The position numbers and the translations under genes were made by a program. This document shows, one piece after another, positions 19,594-31,068 of a stretch of 64,000 nucleotides of DNA (its first letter is position 1; every line of letters begins with the position of its first letter). The stretch is from an uncultured Alphaproteobacteria bacterium (lineage in GTDB: Bacteria; Pseudomonadota; Alphaproteobacteria; HIMB59; GCA-002718135): positions 1,581 to 65,580 of the forward strand of contig CACNKX010000007.1 of assembly GCA_902621165.1 (NCBI GenBank). The letters are read 5' to 3'. The notes beneath the pieces were generated by a model that ran no database searches, was not told where the DNA came from, and was given only the letters and a program-made list of their open reading frames with translations.

Positions 19594-20175
19594 ATGATTA
19601 AAATTCTTACTAAAATAGATGGCATAAATAACGTTTTAGAGAATAATAATTTGTTTGAAATAGAATTTGAAAAAAATAATATTATAAAAATTTTTAACGA
19701 ATTTAGAGATAATACTGAGCTAAATTTCAATCAATTATTAGATATTACAGCTGTAGACTATCCTTCAAGAGAATTTAGATTTGATTTGATTTATATTTTG
19801 CAAAGTTTAACAAAAAATAAAAAAATTATTCTTAAAACTTTTATTAAAGAAAATGAAAACATAGAATCAATAACAAACATTCACAAATCTGCGGATTGGT
19901 ATGAAAGAGAATGTTATGATTTATTTGGAATTGAATTTATTAACCATCCTGATTTAAGAAGGATAATGACGGATTACAATTTTGAAGGTTATCCGTTGCG
20001 CAAAGATTTTCCTTTAACAGGACATACAGAAGTTCGCTATGATGACCTTGAAAAAAAAGTAATATACGAGCCTGTTAAGTTAACTCAAGAATTTAGAAAT
20101 TTCGATAGTGAATCTCCTTGGGAAGGAATGGAAAACAAACTTTTTGGTGATGAGAAATCTACTGGTGAAAATTAA
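19594..20175 (+). CDS. nuoC: NADH-quinone oxidoreductase subunit C
   Basis: DITAVDY, WYERECYDLFG, HPDLRRI, PLRKDFPL. Confidence 0.95.
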   Translation: MIKILTKIDGINNVLENNNLFEIEFEKNNIIKIFNEFRDNTELNFNQLLDITAVDYPSREFRFDLIYILQSLTKNKKIILKTFIKENENIESITNIHKSADWYERECYDLFGIEFINHPDLRRIMTDYNFEGYPLRKDFPLTGHTEVRYDDLEKKVIYEPVKLTQEFRNFDSESPWEGMENKLFGDEKSTGEN

Positions 20176-21354
20176 ATGAAAGAAGTAGAGCTTAATACAA
20201 CTACAATTAACTTTGGTCCTCAACATCCAGCTGCGCATGGTGTTTTACGTTTAGTAGTTGAGCTTGAAGGTGAAGTAGTTCAAAGAGCAGAACCACACAT
20301 CGGATTGTTACATAGGGGGACAGAAAAATTAATTGAATATAAAACTTATCTTCAGGCTGTCCCTTATTTTGATAGACTTGATTACGTTTCACCAATGTGT
20401 CAAGAACATGCTTTTGCATTGGCAACTGAAAATCTCCTAGGTATCAATGTTCCTGAAAGAGCTAAATATATTCGGGTTATTTTTGCCGAAATTACTAGAA
20501 TACTAAATCATTTATTGAATATACCTGCCTATGCTGCTGACATTGGTGCAGTGACACCTTTTTTATGGTGTTTCGAAGAAAGAGAAAAGCTTTTGGAGTT
20601 TCATGAAGCAGTATCTGGAGCAAGATTTCATGCAGCCTATTTTAGACCTGGTGGTGTTCATCAGGATATGCCAGAAGGAATGGAAGGAAAATTATTTGAC
20701 CATTTTAAAACTCTCCCAAAATTTATTGATGATCTTGAAAGCTTGCTGACTAATAACAGAATTTTAAGACAAAGATCAGTTGATATAGGAATAATTTCAA
20801 AGTCAGAAGCAATTGAATGGGGGTGTTCGGGTCCTGTATTAAGAAGTGCAGGTGTAGCATGGGATTTAAGAAGATCTCAACCCTATGACGCCTATGATCA
20901 AGTTGATTTTGAAGTTCCTGTTGGAAAAAAGGGTGATTGCTTTGATCGATATTTGGTTCGCATAGAGGAAATGAGACAAAGCATTAGTATTATTAACCAA
21001 TGTTTAAATAAAATCAAACCAGGTCCAATATCAATTGAGGATAATAAAATTACACCTCCTAAAAGAAATCAAATGAAAAAATCAATGGAAGCTTTAATTC
21101 ATCATTTTAAACTTTTTACTGAAGGTTACCGCGTTCCCGCTGGTCAAGTTTATAGTGCGGTAGAAGCTCCAAAGGGTGAATTTGGCGTTTACCTTGTTTC
21201 TGATGGATCTAGTAAACCATATAGATGTAAAATAAGAGCGCCAGGTTTTGCACACCTTCAAACATTGGATCATTTATCTAAAGGCCACTTAATGGCTGAC
21301 ATAGCCGCTATATTAGGTAGCTTAGATATTGTTTTTGGAGAGATAGATAGATAA
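20176..21354 (+). CDS. nuoD: NADH-quinone oxidoreductase subunit D
   Basis: [33 protein letters not shown]. Confidence 0.97.
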   Translation: MKEVELNTTTINFGPQHPAAHGVLRLVVELEGEVVQRAEPHIGLLHRGTEKLIEYKTYLQAVPYFDRLDYVSPMCQEHAFALATENLLGINVPERAKYIRVIFAEITRILNHLLNIPAYAADIGAVTPFLWCFEEREKLLEFHEAVSGARFHAAYFRPGGVHQDMPEGMEGKLFDHFKTLPKFIDDLESLLTNNRILRQRSVDIGIISKSEAIEWGCSGPVLRSAGVAWDLRRSQPYDAYDQVDFEVPVGKKGDCFDRYLVRIEEMRQSISIINQCLNKIKPGPISIEDNKITPPKRNQMKKSMEALIHHFKLFTEGYRVPAGQVYSAVEAPKGEFGVYLVSDGSSKPYRCKIRAPGFAHLQTLDHLSKGHLMADIAAILGSLDIVFGEIDR

Positions 21355-21953
21355 TGCATCATCCTGGTACAAATAATAAAGTATATAAAAAAATTAATGA
21401 TAATTTTGAATGGTCATCAGAAAATTTTAAAAAAATTTCTGAAATAATAAAAAAATATCCATCAAACCGTATTCAAAGCGCAGTCATCCCTTTACTTGAT
21501 TTAGCACAAAGACAAAATAATGGATGGCTAAGTAAAAATTCAATGGAAAAAGTAGCTGAAACCCTAAGTATGTCTTATATAAGAGTGTTGGAAGTTGCTA
21601 CTTTTTATTCCATGTTTAATTTAGAACCTATTGGTAAAAATTTTGTCCAAATTTGTAGAACTACACCTTGTTGGTTAAGAGGGAGTGATAAACTGTCTAA
21701 AGTTGCACAAGAAGTTTGCGAAACTAATATTGGTGAGACAAGTGATGATGAAATATTTACAGTTGTTGAAGTTGAATGCCTAGGTGCATGTTGCAATGCT
21801 CCTATGGTTCAAATCAATGATGATTATTATGAAGATTTAGATGAAGAGAGTTTTAAAAAAATACTTCAAGATTTAAAAGATAATAAATCAATAAAAGTAG
21901 GTTCACAAATTGGTAGAAAATCATCACAACCTGAAAGAAAATTTGATGCTTAA
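21354..21953 (+). CDS. nuoE: NADH-quinone oxidoreductase subunit E
   Basis: [25 protein letters not shown] [2Fe-2S] ligands. Confidence 0.96.
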   Translation: MHHPGTNNKVYKKINDNFEWSSENFKKISEIIKKYPSNRIQSAVIPLLDLAQRQNNGWLSKNSMEKVAETLSMSYIRVLEVATFYSMFNLEPIGKNFVQICRTTPCWLRGSDKLSKVAQEVCETNIGETSDDEIFTVVEVECLGACCNAPMVQINDDYYEDLDEESFKKILQDLKDNKSIKVGSQIGRKSSQPERKFDA

Positions 21954-23220
21954 GGAAAAAGATAAAATTTTTAAAAATTTATACGGTTTTGAAGACTGGA
22001 AATTAGAAGGTGCCAAAAAAAGAGGTATTTGGTCAAATACTAAGGAACTTATTAAAATGGGTAGTGATAAAATTGTTGAGGAAATTAAAAATAGTCAATT
22101 AAGAGGAAGAGGAGGAGCAGGTTTCCCTGCGGGACTTAAATGGTCATTTATGCCAAAAGACTCTGGAAAAGATCATTATCTAGTTGTTAATGCAGATGAG
22201 TCAGAGCCAGGTACATGTAAAGATCGAGAGATTATGAGAAACGACCCACATCTTCTTTTAGAAGGTTGTTTAGTTGCTGCCTTTGCAATGCATGCACATA
22301 CTTGTTATATTTATATAAGGGGAGAATATTATTCTGAATCTTCTAATTTACAAAAGGCAATAGATGAAGCCTACGAAAACAATTTAATTGGTAAAAATGC
22401 GTGCGGTACAGGTTGGGATTTTGATATTTATCTTCACAGAGGAGCAGGAGCATATATTTGTGGTGAAGAAACTGCTTTACTTGAAAGTTTAGAGGGTAAA
22501 AAAGGCCAGCCTCGATTAAAACCTCCGTTTCCCGCTGGCGCAGGTTTATATGGATGTCCAACAACAGTTACAAATGTTGAAACAGTTGCCGTTTCACCAA
22601 CTATTTTAAGACGTGGTTCAAAATGGTTCGCTGATTTAGGAAGTGCCAACAATACAGGTACAAAAATTTTTAGTATTTCAGGACACGTTAATAACCCATG
22701 CAATGTAGAAGAGGAAATGGGGATACCATTAAAAGAACTGATTGAAAAACATGCAGGTGGTGTAATTGGTGGTTGGGAAAATTTATTAGCTGTAATTCCT
22801 GGAGGTGCAAGTGTGCCTTTATTACCTAAGTCTATTTGCGATACAGTTAAAATGGATTTTGATAGCCTAAAAGAAGTTCAAAGTGGATTAGGAACTGCTG
22901 CTGTTATTGTAATGAATAAATCAACAGATATTGTTGAAGCAATAGCTAGATTATCACATTTTTATAAACATGAAAGCTGCGGTCAATGTACACCTTGCAG
23001 AGAAGGTACTGGATGGATGTACAGAATGATGGAAAAAATGGTTCATGGAAATGTTGAACATCAAGATATTGATAAAATTTTAGATGTGACTAAGCAAATT
23101 GAAGGTCATACTATTTGTGCCTTAGGTGATGCTGCTGCTTGGCCTATTCAAGGTTTGTTTAGACACTTTAGACCTGAAATTGAAAAAAGAATTCAAGAAA
23201 GAAATAGAAGAGTAGCCTAG
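21946..23220 (+). CDS. nuoF: NADH-quinone oxidoreductase subunit F
   Basis: [41 protein letters not shown]; start moved to ATG 21946. Confidence 0.96.
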   Translation: MLKEKDKIFKNLYGFEDWKLEGAKKRGIWSNTKELIKMGSDKIVEEIKNSQLRGRGGAGFPAGLKWSFMPKDSGKDHYLVVNADESEPGTCKDREIMRNDPHLLLEGCLVAAFAMHAHTCYIYIRGEYYSESSNLQKAIDEAYENNLIGKNACGTGWDFDIYLHRGAGAYICGEETALLESLEGKKGQPRLKPPFPAGAGLYGCPTTVTNVETVAVSPTILRRGSKWFADLGSANNTGTKIFSISGHVNNPCNVEEEMGIPLKELIEKHAGGVIGGWENLLAVIPGGASVPLLPKSICDTVKMDFDSLKEVQSGLGTAAVIVMNKSTDIVEAIARLSHFYKHESCGQCTPCREGTGWMYRMMEKMVHGNVEHQDIDKILDVTKQIEGHTICALGDAAAWPIQGLFRHFRPEIEKRIQERNRRVA

Positions 23221-25259
23221 TGCCAAAGATAACAATTGATAATAAAGAATACGAATTTGAAAACGGCATGACCGTAATGCAAGCTTGTGAACAAGCAGGA
23301 ACTGAAATTCCAAGATTTTGTTATCATGAAAAACTCTCAATAGCAGGAAACTGTAGAATGTGTTTAGTAGAAATGGAAAAAGCTCCAAAACCTATTGCAT
23401 CATGTGCCATGCCAGCTGCAGATGGAATGGTTATAAAAACAAAAACAGAAACAGTTAAAAAAGCTCGAAAAGGTGTAATGGAGTTTCTTCTCATTAATCA
23501 TCCATTGGATTGCCCTATTTGTGATCAAGGAGGAGAATGTGATCTTCAAGATCAAGCGATGTATTATGGTTTTGATAAAACTAGATATGAAGAAAACAAA
23601 AGAGCAGTTCAAAATAAAAATATGGGACCACTTGTCAAAACAATTATGACAAGATGTATACATTGTACAAGATGCGTAAGGTTTTCTACAGAAGTTGCGG
23701 GTGTTGATGATATAGGATTACTTGGCAGAGGTGAAAATGCTGAGATCACGACATACTTAGAAAAAACTATTGAGTCAGAGTTATCTGGAAATGTAATTGA
23801 TTTATGCCCCGTAGGTGCTTTAACAAGTAAACCATATGCATTTAAATCTAGACCATGGGAGCTAACCAAGACAGAAACATTTGATGTGTTCGATGGTATA
23901 GGCTCAAGTATAAGGATTGATACAAGAGGAAAAAAAGTTTTAAGAGCTCTTCCTAGAATAAATGAAGAAACCAATGAAGAATGGATAAGTGATAAATCTA
24001 GATTTGCAGTTGATGGACTCTCAAGTCAGAGATTGGATAATGTATATACTAAATCAAATAAAAAACTCCAAAAATCTTCATGGGATAATGCATTTGAATT
24101 AATAAAAAAAGAAATTACAAAAAGAGGTAAAGAAAATACTGTATTCCTATCTGGTAAGTTTACCGATATTGAAACTTTATATTCCGCACAAAAATTTAGC
24201 AATTCACTAAAATCAAAAAACTATGATTGCAGATTTGATAATACACAAATTATCGATAATTCATCTTCTAGTTATAAATTTAATTCAACAATTCAAGAAA
24301 TTGAAAAGGCTGATGCTATTCTTTTAATCGGATCAAACCCTAGATGGGAAGCAGCGGTACTAAACGCTAGAATTAGAAAGGCATATATTGAAAATAATTG
24401 CAAAATTGGTCTTATAGGTCCTAAATTAGATCTGACTTACGATTATCATCATTTATCTGATTCTTTAGATTACCTTAATAAATTATCTAATAATAAATCT
24501 GAATTCAATAAAGTTTTAAAATCTGCAAAAAACCCACTTATAATATTAGGTACTTCAGCAATAAATAATGATCATGGAAAAAAAATATTAGAAACTGCAG
24601 GATTAATTGCGAAAAAAATTCAAAAAAATAAAAATACAAATCCATTAAATATTCTTAACCAAGATATTTCTAGAGTAGGAGCATTAGATTTGAAATTTTA
24701 TAATAAAAAATTTGATAATGATTACAATAAACAATTAAAAAAACATATTGATAAAACAAAGCCTGTAGTTTTCTTAATGGGGTTAGATGAGATAAATATT
24801 TCAACATTTGAAAATGCTTTTGTTGTTTATCTTGGTCATCATGGAGATGTTTCAGCATCTATAGCTGATATAATTTTACCAACCCCTGCATATACTGAGA
24901 AAAGTTCTACTTATATGAATATAGAAGGTAGAGTTATTCAAACAACTAAGTGTCATAATCCAATAGGTGAAGCAAAAGAGGAGTGGAAAATTTTTAGAGT
25001 TTTAAGTGACTTATTTGAAAAAAATTTAAATTTTAATAATCTTGGGGAGCTTCGAAATGAGCTTACAAGTACCTATGGTCAATTTGCTCTCTTAAATGAA
25101 GTTAATTCTATTGGCGAAATAACTTTTGCTAAAAATAATAAAATTGAGAATATTAAAATTAAATATAACATTGAAAATTTTTATATGAATGATTCTATTT
25201 CTAGATCTTCTGAAACAATGGCAAAATGTACTAAAGATATTTTAAATAAGGCAGCATAA
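23220..25259 (+). CDS. nuoG: NADH-quinone oxidoreductase subunit G
   Basis: PRFCYH..AGNCRMC, HPLDCPICDQGGEC, RCIHCTRC; GTG start. Confidence 0.96.
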   Translation: MPKITIDNKEYEFENGMTVMQACEQAGTEIPRFCYHEKLSIAGNCRMCLVEMEKAPKPIASCAMPAADGMVIKTKTETVKKARKGVMEFLLINHPLDCPICDQGGECDLQDQAMYYGFDKTRYEENKRAVQNKNMGPLVKTIMTRCIHCTRCVRFSTEVAGVDDIGLLGRGENAEITTYLEKTIESELSGNVIDLCPVGALTSKPYAFKSRPWELTKTETFDVFDGIGSSIRIDTRGKKVLRALPRINEETNEEWISDKSRFAVDGLSSQRLDNVYTKSNKKLQKSSWDNAFELIKKEITKRGKENTVFLSGKFTDIETLYSAQKFSNSLKSKNYDCRFDNTQIIDNSSSSYKFNSTIQEIEKADAILLIGSNPRWEAAVLNARIRKAYIENNCKIGLIGPKLDLTYDYHHLSDSLDYLNKLSNNKSEFNKVLKSAKNPLIILGTSAINNDHGKKILETAGLIAKKIQKNKNTNPLNILNQDISRVGALDLKFYNKKFDNDYNKQLKKHIDKTKPVVFLMGLDEINISTFENAFVVYLGHHGDVSASIADIILPTPAYTEKSSTYMNIEGRVIQTTKCHNPIGEAKEEWKIFRVLSDLFEKNLNFNNLGELRNELTSTYGQFALLNEVNSIGEITFAKNNKIENIKIKYNIENFYMNDSISRSSETMAKCTKDILNKAA

Positions 25260-25266
25260 TAATTAG

Positions 25267-26268
25267 ATGACTTATGATATATTAATTACAGGGTTAATAA
25301 TCATTGCCCAAATACTTGCTGTTGTTGTGCCAGTTTTAATATCTGTAGCTTTTTTAGTTTATGCTGAAAGAAAAGTTTTAGCATTAATTCAATTAAGAAG
25401 AGGTCCAAATATAGTAGGGCCTTTTGGTATATTACAAAGCTTTGCTGATGCATTAAAACTTATTACTAAAGAAAATATTATACCTAGTGGATCAAATAAA
25501 ATTGTTTTTATTTTAGCACCCATAATAACAATGGTACTTAGCTTAGCAGGTTGGGCAGTAATACCTTTTGCTCCAGGATGGGTAGTCTCTGATATTAACG
25601 TAGGTATCATGTATCTGTTTGCAGTATCATCTCTTGGAGTATACGGAATAATAATGGCTGGATGGGCTAGTAACTCTCAATATCCTTTTCTAGGAGCATT
25701 AAGATCAGCTGCTCAAATGGTTTCATATGAAGTATCTATTGGATTTGTAATAATTACAGTATTATTATGTGTAGGTTCTTTAAATTTATCAAAGATAGTT
25801 TTAGCTCAGCAGACTGTATGGTTTGCAATTCCATTATTACCTATGTTCATTATTTTTTTTATTTCTGCGTTAGCTGAAACAAATAGATTACCTTTTGATC
25901 TTCCTGAAGATGAATCAACACTTGTTGCAGGATTTTTTACTGAATATTCATCTGCTTCATTTGTATTATTTTTTTTAGGTGAATACGCGAGTATGATTTT
26001 AATGTCTTCTATGACTGTAATTCTTTTTTTAGGTGGATGGCTTCCTCCATTTGATGTATACCCATTAAATGTTGTTCCTGGAGTAATCTGGTTTACTGTG
26101 AAAGTAATATTTATATTATTTTTATTTATTTGGGTTAGAGGAACTTTCCCAAGATATAGATATGATCAGTTAATGAGACTTGGATGGAAAGTTTTTCTTC
26201 CGTTTTCTTTGTTTTGGGTTGTGGCAACTTCTGGTTTTTTAGTATATTTTGACATGCTGCCAAATTAA
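25267..26268 (+). CDS. nuoH: NADH-quinone oxidoreductase subunit H
   Basis: [38 protein letters not shown]. Confidence 0.97.
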   Translation: MTYDILITGLIIIAQILAVVVPVLISVAFLVYAERKVLALIQLRRGPNIVGPFGILQSFADALKLITKENIIPSGSNKIVFILAPIITMVLSLAGWAVIPFAPGWVVSDINVGIMYLFAVSSLGVYGIIMAGWASNSQYPFLGALRSAAQMVSYEVSIGFVIITVLLCVGSLNLSKIVLAQQTVWFAIPLLPMFIIFFISALAETNRLPFDLPEDESTLVAGFFTEYSSASFVLFFLGEYASMILMSSMTVILFLGGWLPPFDVYPLNVVPGVIWFTVKVIFILFLFIWVRGTFPRYRYDQLMRLGWKVFLPFSLFWVVATSGFLVYFDMLPN

Positions 26269-26269
26269 T

Positions 26270-26749
26270 ATGTATAAATTAATTAAATCTTTTACTTTAT
26301 TTGAATTATTTCAAGGGCTATTTTTAACTTTCAAATACATATTTAAATCTAAAGTTACAATAAATTATCCTCACGAAAAAGGTCCATTAAGCCCACGTTT
26401 TAGAGGCGAGCATGCTTTGAGAAGATATCCAAGTGGAGAAGAGAGATGTATCGCATGTAAACTTTGTGAAGCAGTATGTCCTGCTCAGGCAATTACAATT
26501 GAAGCAGAGCCAAGAGAGGATGGAAGCAGAAGAACAACAAGATATGATATAGATATGACTAAATGTATTTACTGTGGTTTATGTCAAGAATCTTGCCCAG
26601 TTGATGCAATAGTCGAAGGACCAAATTTTGAATTTGCCACTGAAACTAGAGAAGAATTAATTTATAATAAAGATAAACTTTTAGAAAATGGAGATAGATG
26701 GGAGCAAGAAATTGCTCAAAATATTCATCTCGATAGAAAATATAGATAA
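26270..26749 (+). CDS. nuoI: NADH-quinone oxidoreductase subunit I
   Basis: Two CxxCxxCxxxCP motifs, RFRGEH; start moved to ATG 26270. Confidence 0.96.
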   Translation: MYKLIKSFTLFELFQGLFLTFKYIFKSKVTINYPHEKGPLSPRFRGEHALRRYPSGEERCIACKLCEAVCPAQAITIEAEPREDGSRRTTRYDIDMTKCIYCGLCQESCPVDAIVEGPNFEFATETREELIYNKDKLLENGDRWEQEIAQNIHLDRKYR

Positions 26750-26751
26750 GA

Positions 26752-27363
26752 ATGGTTCTCTATTCATTAACATTTTATCTTTTTTCATCTGTTGCAGTTC
26801 TTTCTGCTCTAATGGTTATAAGTGCAAAAAATCCAGTTCATTCAGTTTTGTTCTTAATTTTAAGCTTTGTTAATGCTTCAGGACTCTTTGTTTTATTAGG
26901 TGCTGAATTTTTAGCAATGATCCTTGTCGTTGTATATGTTGGAGCTGTTGCCGTCCTTTTTCTATTTGTTGTGATGATGCTTGATATAAATTTTGTAAAG
27001 TTGAGAGAAGGTTTTTTGCAATATTTACCTTTTGGAGCATTGTTAGGGATAGTTCTAGTAATTGAACTTGGAATACTTTTTTTAACAGATAGATCGTCTA
27101 ATATTTACAACAATCAAACACCATTACAACCTATAGTTAATGAAGTGGAGAATACAAAAATGATTGGGCGAATACTCTACACTGAATATTTTTATTTATT
27201 TCAAATATGTGGGATAATTTTATTAGTCGCAATGATTGGTTCTATTACACTTACATTAAGAGATAAAGGTGGTGTTAAAAGGCAAAATATAGATTCTCAA
27301 AATACAGTTGATGCATCAACAGCTATAGAAAAGAAAAAAGTAAATATAGGCGAAGGAATTTAA
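26752..27363 (+). CDS. nuoJ: NADH-quinone oxidoreductase subunit J
   Basis: NPVHSVLFL, VYVGAVAVLFLFVVMML. Confidence 0.96.
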   Translation: MVLYSLTFYLFSSVAVLSALMVISAKNPVHSVLFLILSFVNASGLFVLLGAEFLAMILVVVYVGAVAVLFLFVVMMLDINFVKLREGFLQYLPFGALLGIVLVIELGILFLTDRSSNIYNNQTPLQPIVNEVENTKMIGRILYTEYFYLFQICGIILLVAMIGSITLTLRDKGGVKRQNIDSQNTVDASTAIEKKKVNIGEGI

Positions 27364-27366
27364 TTA

Positions 27367-27672
27367 ATGATTACTCTTGAGCACTATCTTTTTCTCGGCG
27401 CAATTATTTTTACCTTAGGTGTTTTAGGAATATTTTTAAATAAGAAAAATTTAATTATAATTTTAATGTCTATAGAACTTATCTTGTTGTCGGTAAATAT
27501 TAATTTTATTGCTTTCTCAGCGTATATCAATGATATCTCAGGGCAAATTTTTGCAATGCTTACACTTACTGTTGCAGCAGCTGAAGCAGCAATTGGACTT
27601 GCCATACTTGTAGTATTTTTTAGAAATTTAGGATCAATAGAAGTAAATAAAATTAATCAGCTTAAGGGATAG
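27367..27672 (+). CDS. nuoK: NADH-quinone oxidoreductase subunit K
   Basis: [19 protein letters not shown]. Confidence 0.96.
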   Translation: MITLEHYLFLGAIIFTLGVLGIFLNKKNLIIILMSIELILLSVNINFIAFSAYINDISGQIFAMLTLTVAAAEAAIGLAILVVFFRNLGSIEVNKINQLKG

Positions 27673-27675
27673 CAG

Positions 27676-29583
27676 ATGGCAACCTCAATTATATTTTTAC
27701 CTCTACTTGGTTTTCTTTTTTGTTTTTTGCTAGGTAAACAGTTTCACTATAAGATTTATCAAATATCAACAACTTCAATTCTTTTTCTTTGCGCATTATT
27801 TTCTTGGATAATATTTATTCAGTTTATTAATAATAAGGAAACTGAAACAATCTTTATTCTTAACTGGATTACTTCTGGAAACTTTATTGTTGATTGGTCA
27901 ATAAGATTAGACACATTAACTGCAGTCATGTTCATTGTGGTTACAACTGTTTCCGCTTGTGTTCACTTATATTCAATAGGTTATATGGAAGAAGATCCAT
28001 CAAAGATAAGATTTATGGGCTATCTAAGCTTATTTACTTTTTTTATGCTTGTGCTTGTATCAAGTAATAACTTGTTGCAAATGTTTTTTGGTTGGGAGGG
28101 TGTTGGACTAGCATCATATTTATTAATTGGTTTTTGGCACCATAAAGATTCAGCCAACAAAGCTGCTATAAAAGCATTTGTCGTAAATAGAGTTGGAGAT
28201 TTTGGATACGCAATTGGAATTGCAGGAATTTTTTACATTTTTGGTACGATAAGTTTCGACAGTATATTTCAGCAAGTGGATCAATTTAGTGAGCATCAAA
28301 TTCAATTCCTTTCATTTAGTTTTCCAACTTTAGATTTTTTATGTTTTCTTTTATTTATAGGAGCAATGGGTAAATCTGCCCAATTAGGTTTACACACTTG
28401 GCTGCCAGATGCTATGGAAGGACCTACTCCTGTTTCTGCGCTAATACATGCTGCTACAATGGTAACTGCTGGCGTATTTTTAGTTGCAAGAATGAGTCCT
28501 CTTTATGAGTTTGCTGCATTTACTAATTTATTCATTACTTTTGTAGGCGCGGCTACAGCTATTTTTGCCGCCTCTATAGCCTTAACACAGAATGATATTA
28601 AACGAGTCATTGCATATTCAACATGTAGTCAATTAGGATATATGTTTTTCGCAGCAGGTGTAGGTGCTTATAATGCATCAATATTTCACTTAACAACCCA
28701 TGCCTTTTTTAAAGCTCTTCTATTTCTTTCTGCAGGTTCTGTAATTCACGCAATGCATCATGAACAGGATATGAGAAAAATGGGTGGACTTTTCAAAAAA
28801 ATACCTTTTACCGCTACAATGATGTGGATTGGATCTCTTGCAATTATTGGTTTCCCGTATCTATCTGGCTACTATTCAAAAGAAAGTATTTTAGAAAATG
28901 CTTTCTATGCATCAAATGGAATAGCATATTTTGCATATTTAGTAGGTATTTTAACTGCTCTACTTACAGCTTTTTATTCATGGAGATTATTATTTCTAAC
29001 ATTTCATGGTGAAAATAGATCAGAAAATAAAACATATGATCACGCCCATGAATCACCTTTAGTAATGACAGTTCCATTATTTATTCTTGCAATTGGTTCT
29101 ATTTTTTCAGGAATATTCTTTGCTGATTATTTTATTGGGTATTACAAAAAAGAATTTTGGGATAATGCAGTATTATTAACAGAGAGCTCTCATAAATATC
29201 TTCCTCTTATACAATCCTTAATATCAAAATCAGCTGTTGCAATTGGAATTCTTGTCTGTGTGTTGATATATTCAAATAATTTAAATAGGGCAAAAAATCT
29301 TTCTCATAACTTAGATCCCCTATATTCTCTTTCTAAAAATAAATGGTATGTGGATGAACTATATCATAAAGTATTTGTTTTAACTTTTTTCAAATTAGCA
29401 AACTTTTTTTGGAAAAGAGGAGATGAAAAAACTATTGATGGTTTAGGACCAAACGGGGTCTCCTGGATTATTTCTAAATCTTCATCTTATGTAAGTTTAT
29501 TTCAATCAGGGTATTTGTTTCATTATGCTTTTGCTATGCTCGGTGGCTTAGTAATAATTTTAACATGGTTTTTATATTACTAA
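27676..29583 (+). CDS. nuoL: NADH-quinone oxidoreductase subunit L
   Basis: GWEGVG, NRVGD, GKSAQ..WLPDAMEGPTPVSALIHAATMV, HAFFKALLF. Confidence 0.97.
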   Translation: MATSIIFLPLLGFLFCFLLGKQFHYKIYQISTTSILFLCALFSWIIFIQFINNKETETIFILNWITSGNFIVDWSIRLDTLTAVMFIVVTTVSACVHLYSIGYMEEDPSKIRFMGYLSLFTFFMLVLVSSNNLLQMFFGWEGVGLASYLLIGFWHHKDSANKAAIKAFVVNRVGDFGYAIGIAGIFYIFGTISFDSIFQQVDQFSEHQIQFLSFSFPTLDFLCFLLFIGAMGKSAQLGLHTWLPDAMEGPTPVSALIHAATMVTAGVFLVARMSPLYEFAAFTNLFITFVGAATAIFAASIALTQNDIKRVIAYSTCSQLGYMFFAAGVGAYNASIFHLTTHAFFKALLFLSAGSVIHAMHHEQDMRKMGGLFKKIPFTATMMWIGSLAIIGFPYLSGYYSKESILENAFYASNGIAYFAYLVGILTALLTAFYSWRLLFLTFHGENRSENKTYDHAHESPLVMTVPLFILAIGSIFSGIFFADYFIGYYKKEFWDNAVLLTESSHKYLPLIQSLISKSAVAIGILVCVLIYSNNLNRAKNLSHNLDPLYSLSKNKWYVDELYHKVFVLTFFKLANFFWKRGDEKTIDGLGPNGVSWIISKSSSYVSLFQSGYLFHYAFAMLGGLVIILTWFLYY

Positions 29584-31068
29584 ATGATTGACTGGCCATT
29601 AGTATCAGTAATAATTTTTTTACCTTTAATTGGTGCTTTAATTATTCTTTTTATTAAAGAAGATGAATTAACATCAATTAATATTAAATGGGCTGCTTTA
29701 CTAGCAACATTAGGAACATTTATTTTAAGTTTAATACTCTGGTTACAATTTGATTATTCCAATCCGTCTTATCAATATGAAGAAAAATTTAGATGGTTTG
29801 ATGATTTTAATTTCTTCTACCATGTTGGAGTTGACGGTATCTCACTTTTTATGATTTTACTCAGTACATTTTTGACCCCACTTTGTATTTTAGCTAGTTG
29901 GAATAATATAAAAAAAAGAGTCAAGGAATACATGCTTTCTTTTTTATTTTTAGAGACTGTAATGATTGGAATGTTTGCTTCTATAGACATACTTTTATTT
30001 TATATTTTTTTTGAAGCTGTATTAATACCAATGTATCTAATCATAGGTATATGGGGAGGTAATAGAAGAATCTATGCTTCTTTTAAATTCTTTCTCTACA
30101 CTCTTTTGGGGTCAGTACTCATGTTGATTGCTATTATTGTGATGTACAGAAATACAAGTTCAATGAGTATTGAATTCTTACAAGGTAACTATTTTTCCTA
30201 TAATACTCAGTTGTTTCTATGGCTCGCCTTCTTTGCTTCCTTTGCAGTTAAAATTCCTATGTGGCCGTTTCATACATGGTTGCCCGATGCCCATGTTGAA
30301 GCTCCAACAGCTGGATCTGTTATTTTAGCAGGAGTACTTTTAAAAATGGGTGGATATGGTTTTATCCGTTTCTCTTTAGGCATGCTTCCAGAAGCAACAG
30401 AGTTTTTTATTCCTTTAATTATGACATTAAGTATAGTTGCCATAGTATACACTTCCTTAGTAGCACTAGCACAAACTGATATTAAAAAACTAATTGCATA
30501 TTCATCTGTTGCTCATATGGGAATTGTAACAATTGGAATTTTTTTAGTGAATCAACAAGGCTTAGAAGGAGCAATGATGCAAATGATTAGTCATGGACTA
30601 GTTTCAGCAGCTTTATTTTTATGTGTTGGTGTTATTTATGATCGAATGCATACTAGAGAAATTGAATTTTACGGAGGATTAGTTCAAAGAATGCCACTTT
30701 ATGCAACAGTATTCATGATTTTTATGCTGGGATCAGTTGGATTGCCTGGAACTAGTGGTTTTATTGGAGAATTTTTAGTCATTGTTGGCGCATTTAAATT
30801 TTCAAGTTACGTTGTTATTGGCGCGGCTTTTGGAATAATATTATCCGCTGTTTACATGCTATACCTTTATAAAAGAATTATTTTTGGCACCATAACTAAT
30901 AATAAACTTGCAGATATTTTAGATATAAACACAAGAGAGAAAATCATATTAATTCCTTTAGCAATTTCAGTAATATTACTAGGTATATTTCCAAATCTAT
31001 TTTTAGATCCTATGAGATTATCACTTGAACTGATTATAACAAACTATGAAATAGCCAATGCTAAATAA
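29584..31068 (+). CDS. nuoM: NADH-quinone oxidoreductase subunit M
   Basis: KFFLYT, WLPDAHVEAPT, KKLIAYSSVAHMG, GLPGTSGFIGE. Confidence 0.97.
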   Translation: MIDWPLVSVIIFLPLIGALIILFIKEDELTSINIKWAALLATLGTFILSLILWLQFDYSNPSYQYEEKFRWFDDFNFFYHVGVDGISLFMILLSTFLTPLCILASWNNIKKRVKEYMLSFLFLETVMIGMFASIDILLFYIFFEAVLIPMYLIIGIWGGNRRIYASFKFFLYTLLGSVLMLIAIIVMYRNTSSMSIEFLQGNYFSYNTQLFLWLAFFASFAVKIPMWPFHTWLPDAHVEAPTAGSVILAGVLLKMGGYGFIRFSLGMLPEATEFFIPLIMTLSIVAIVYTSLVALAQTDIKKLIAYSSVAHMGIVTIGIFLVNQQGLEGAMMQMISHGLVSAALFLCVGVIYDRMHTREIEFYGGLVQRMPLYATVFMIFMLGSVGLPGTSGFIGEFLVIVGAFKFSSYVVIGAAFGIILSAVYMLYLYKRIIFGTITNNKLADILDINTREKIILIPLAISVILLGIFPNLFLDPMRLSLELIITNYEIANAK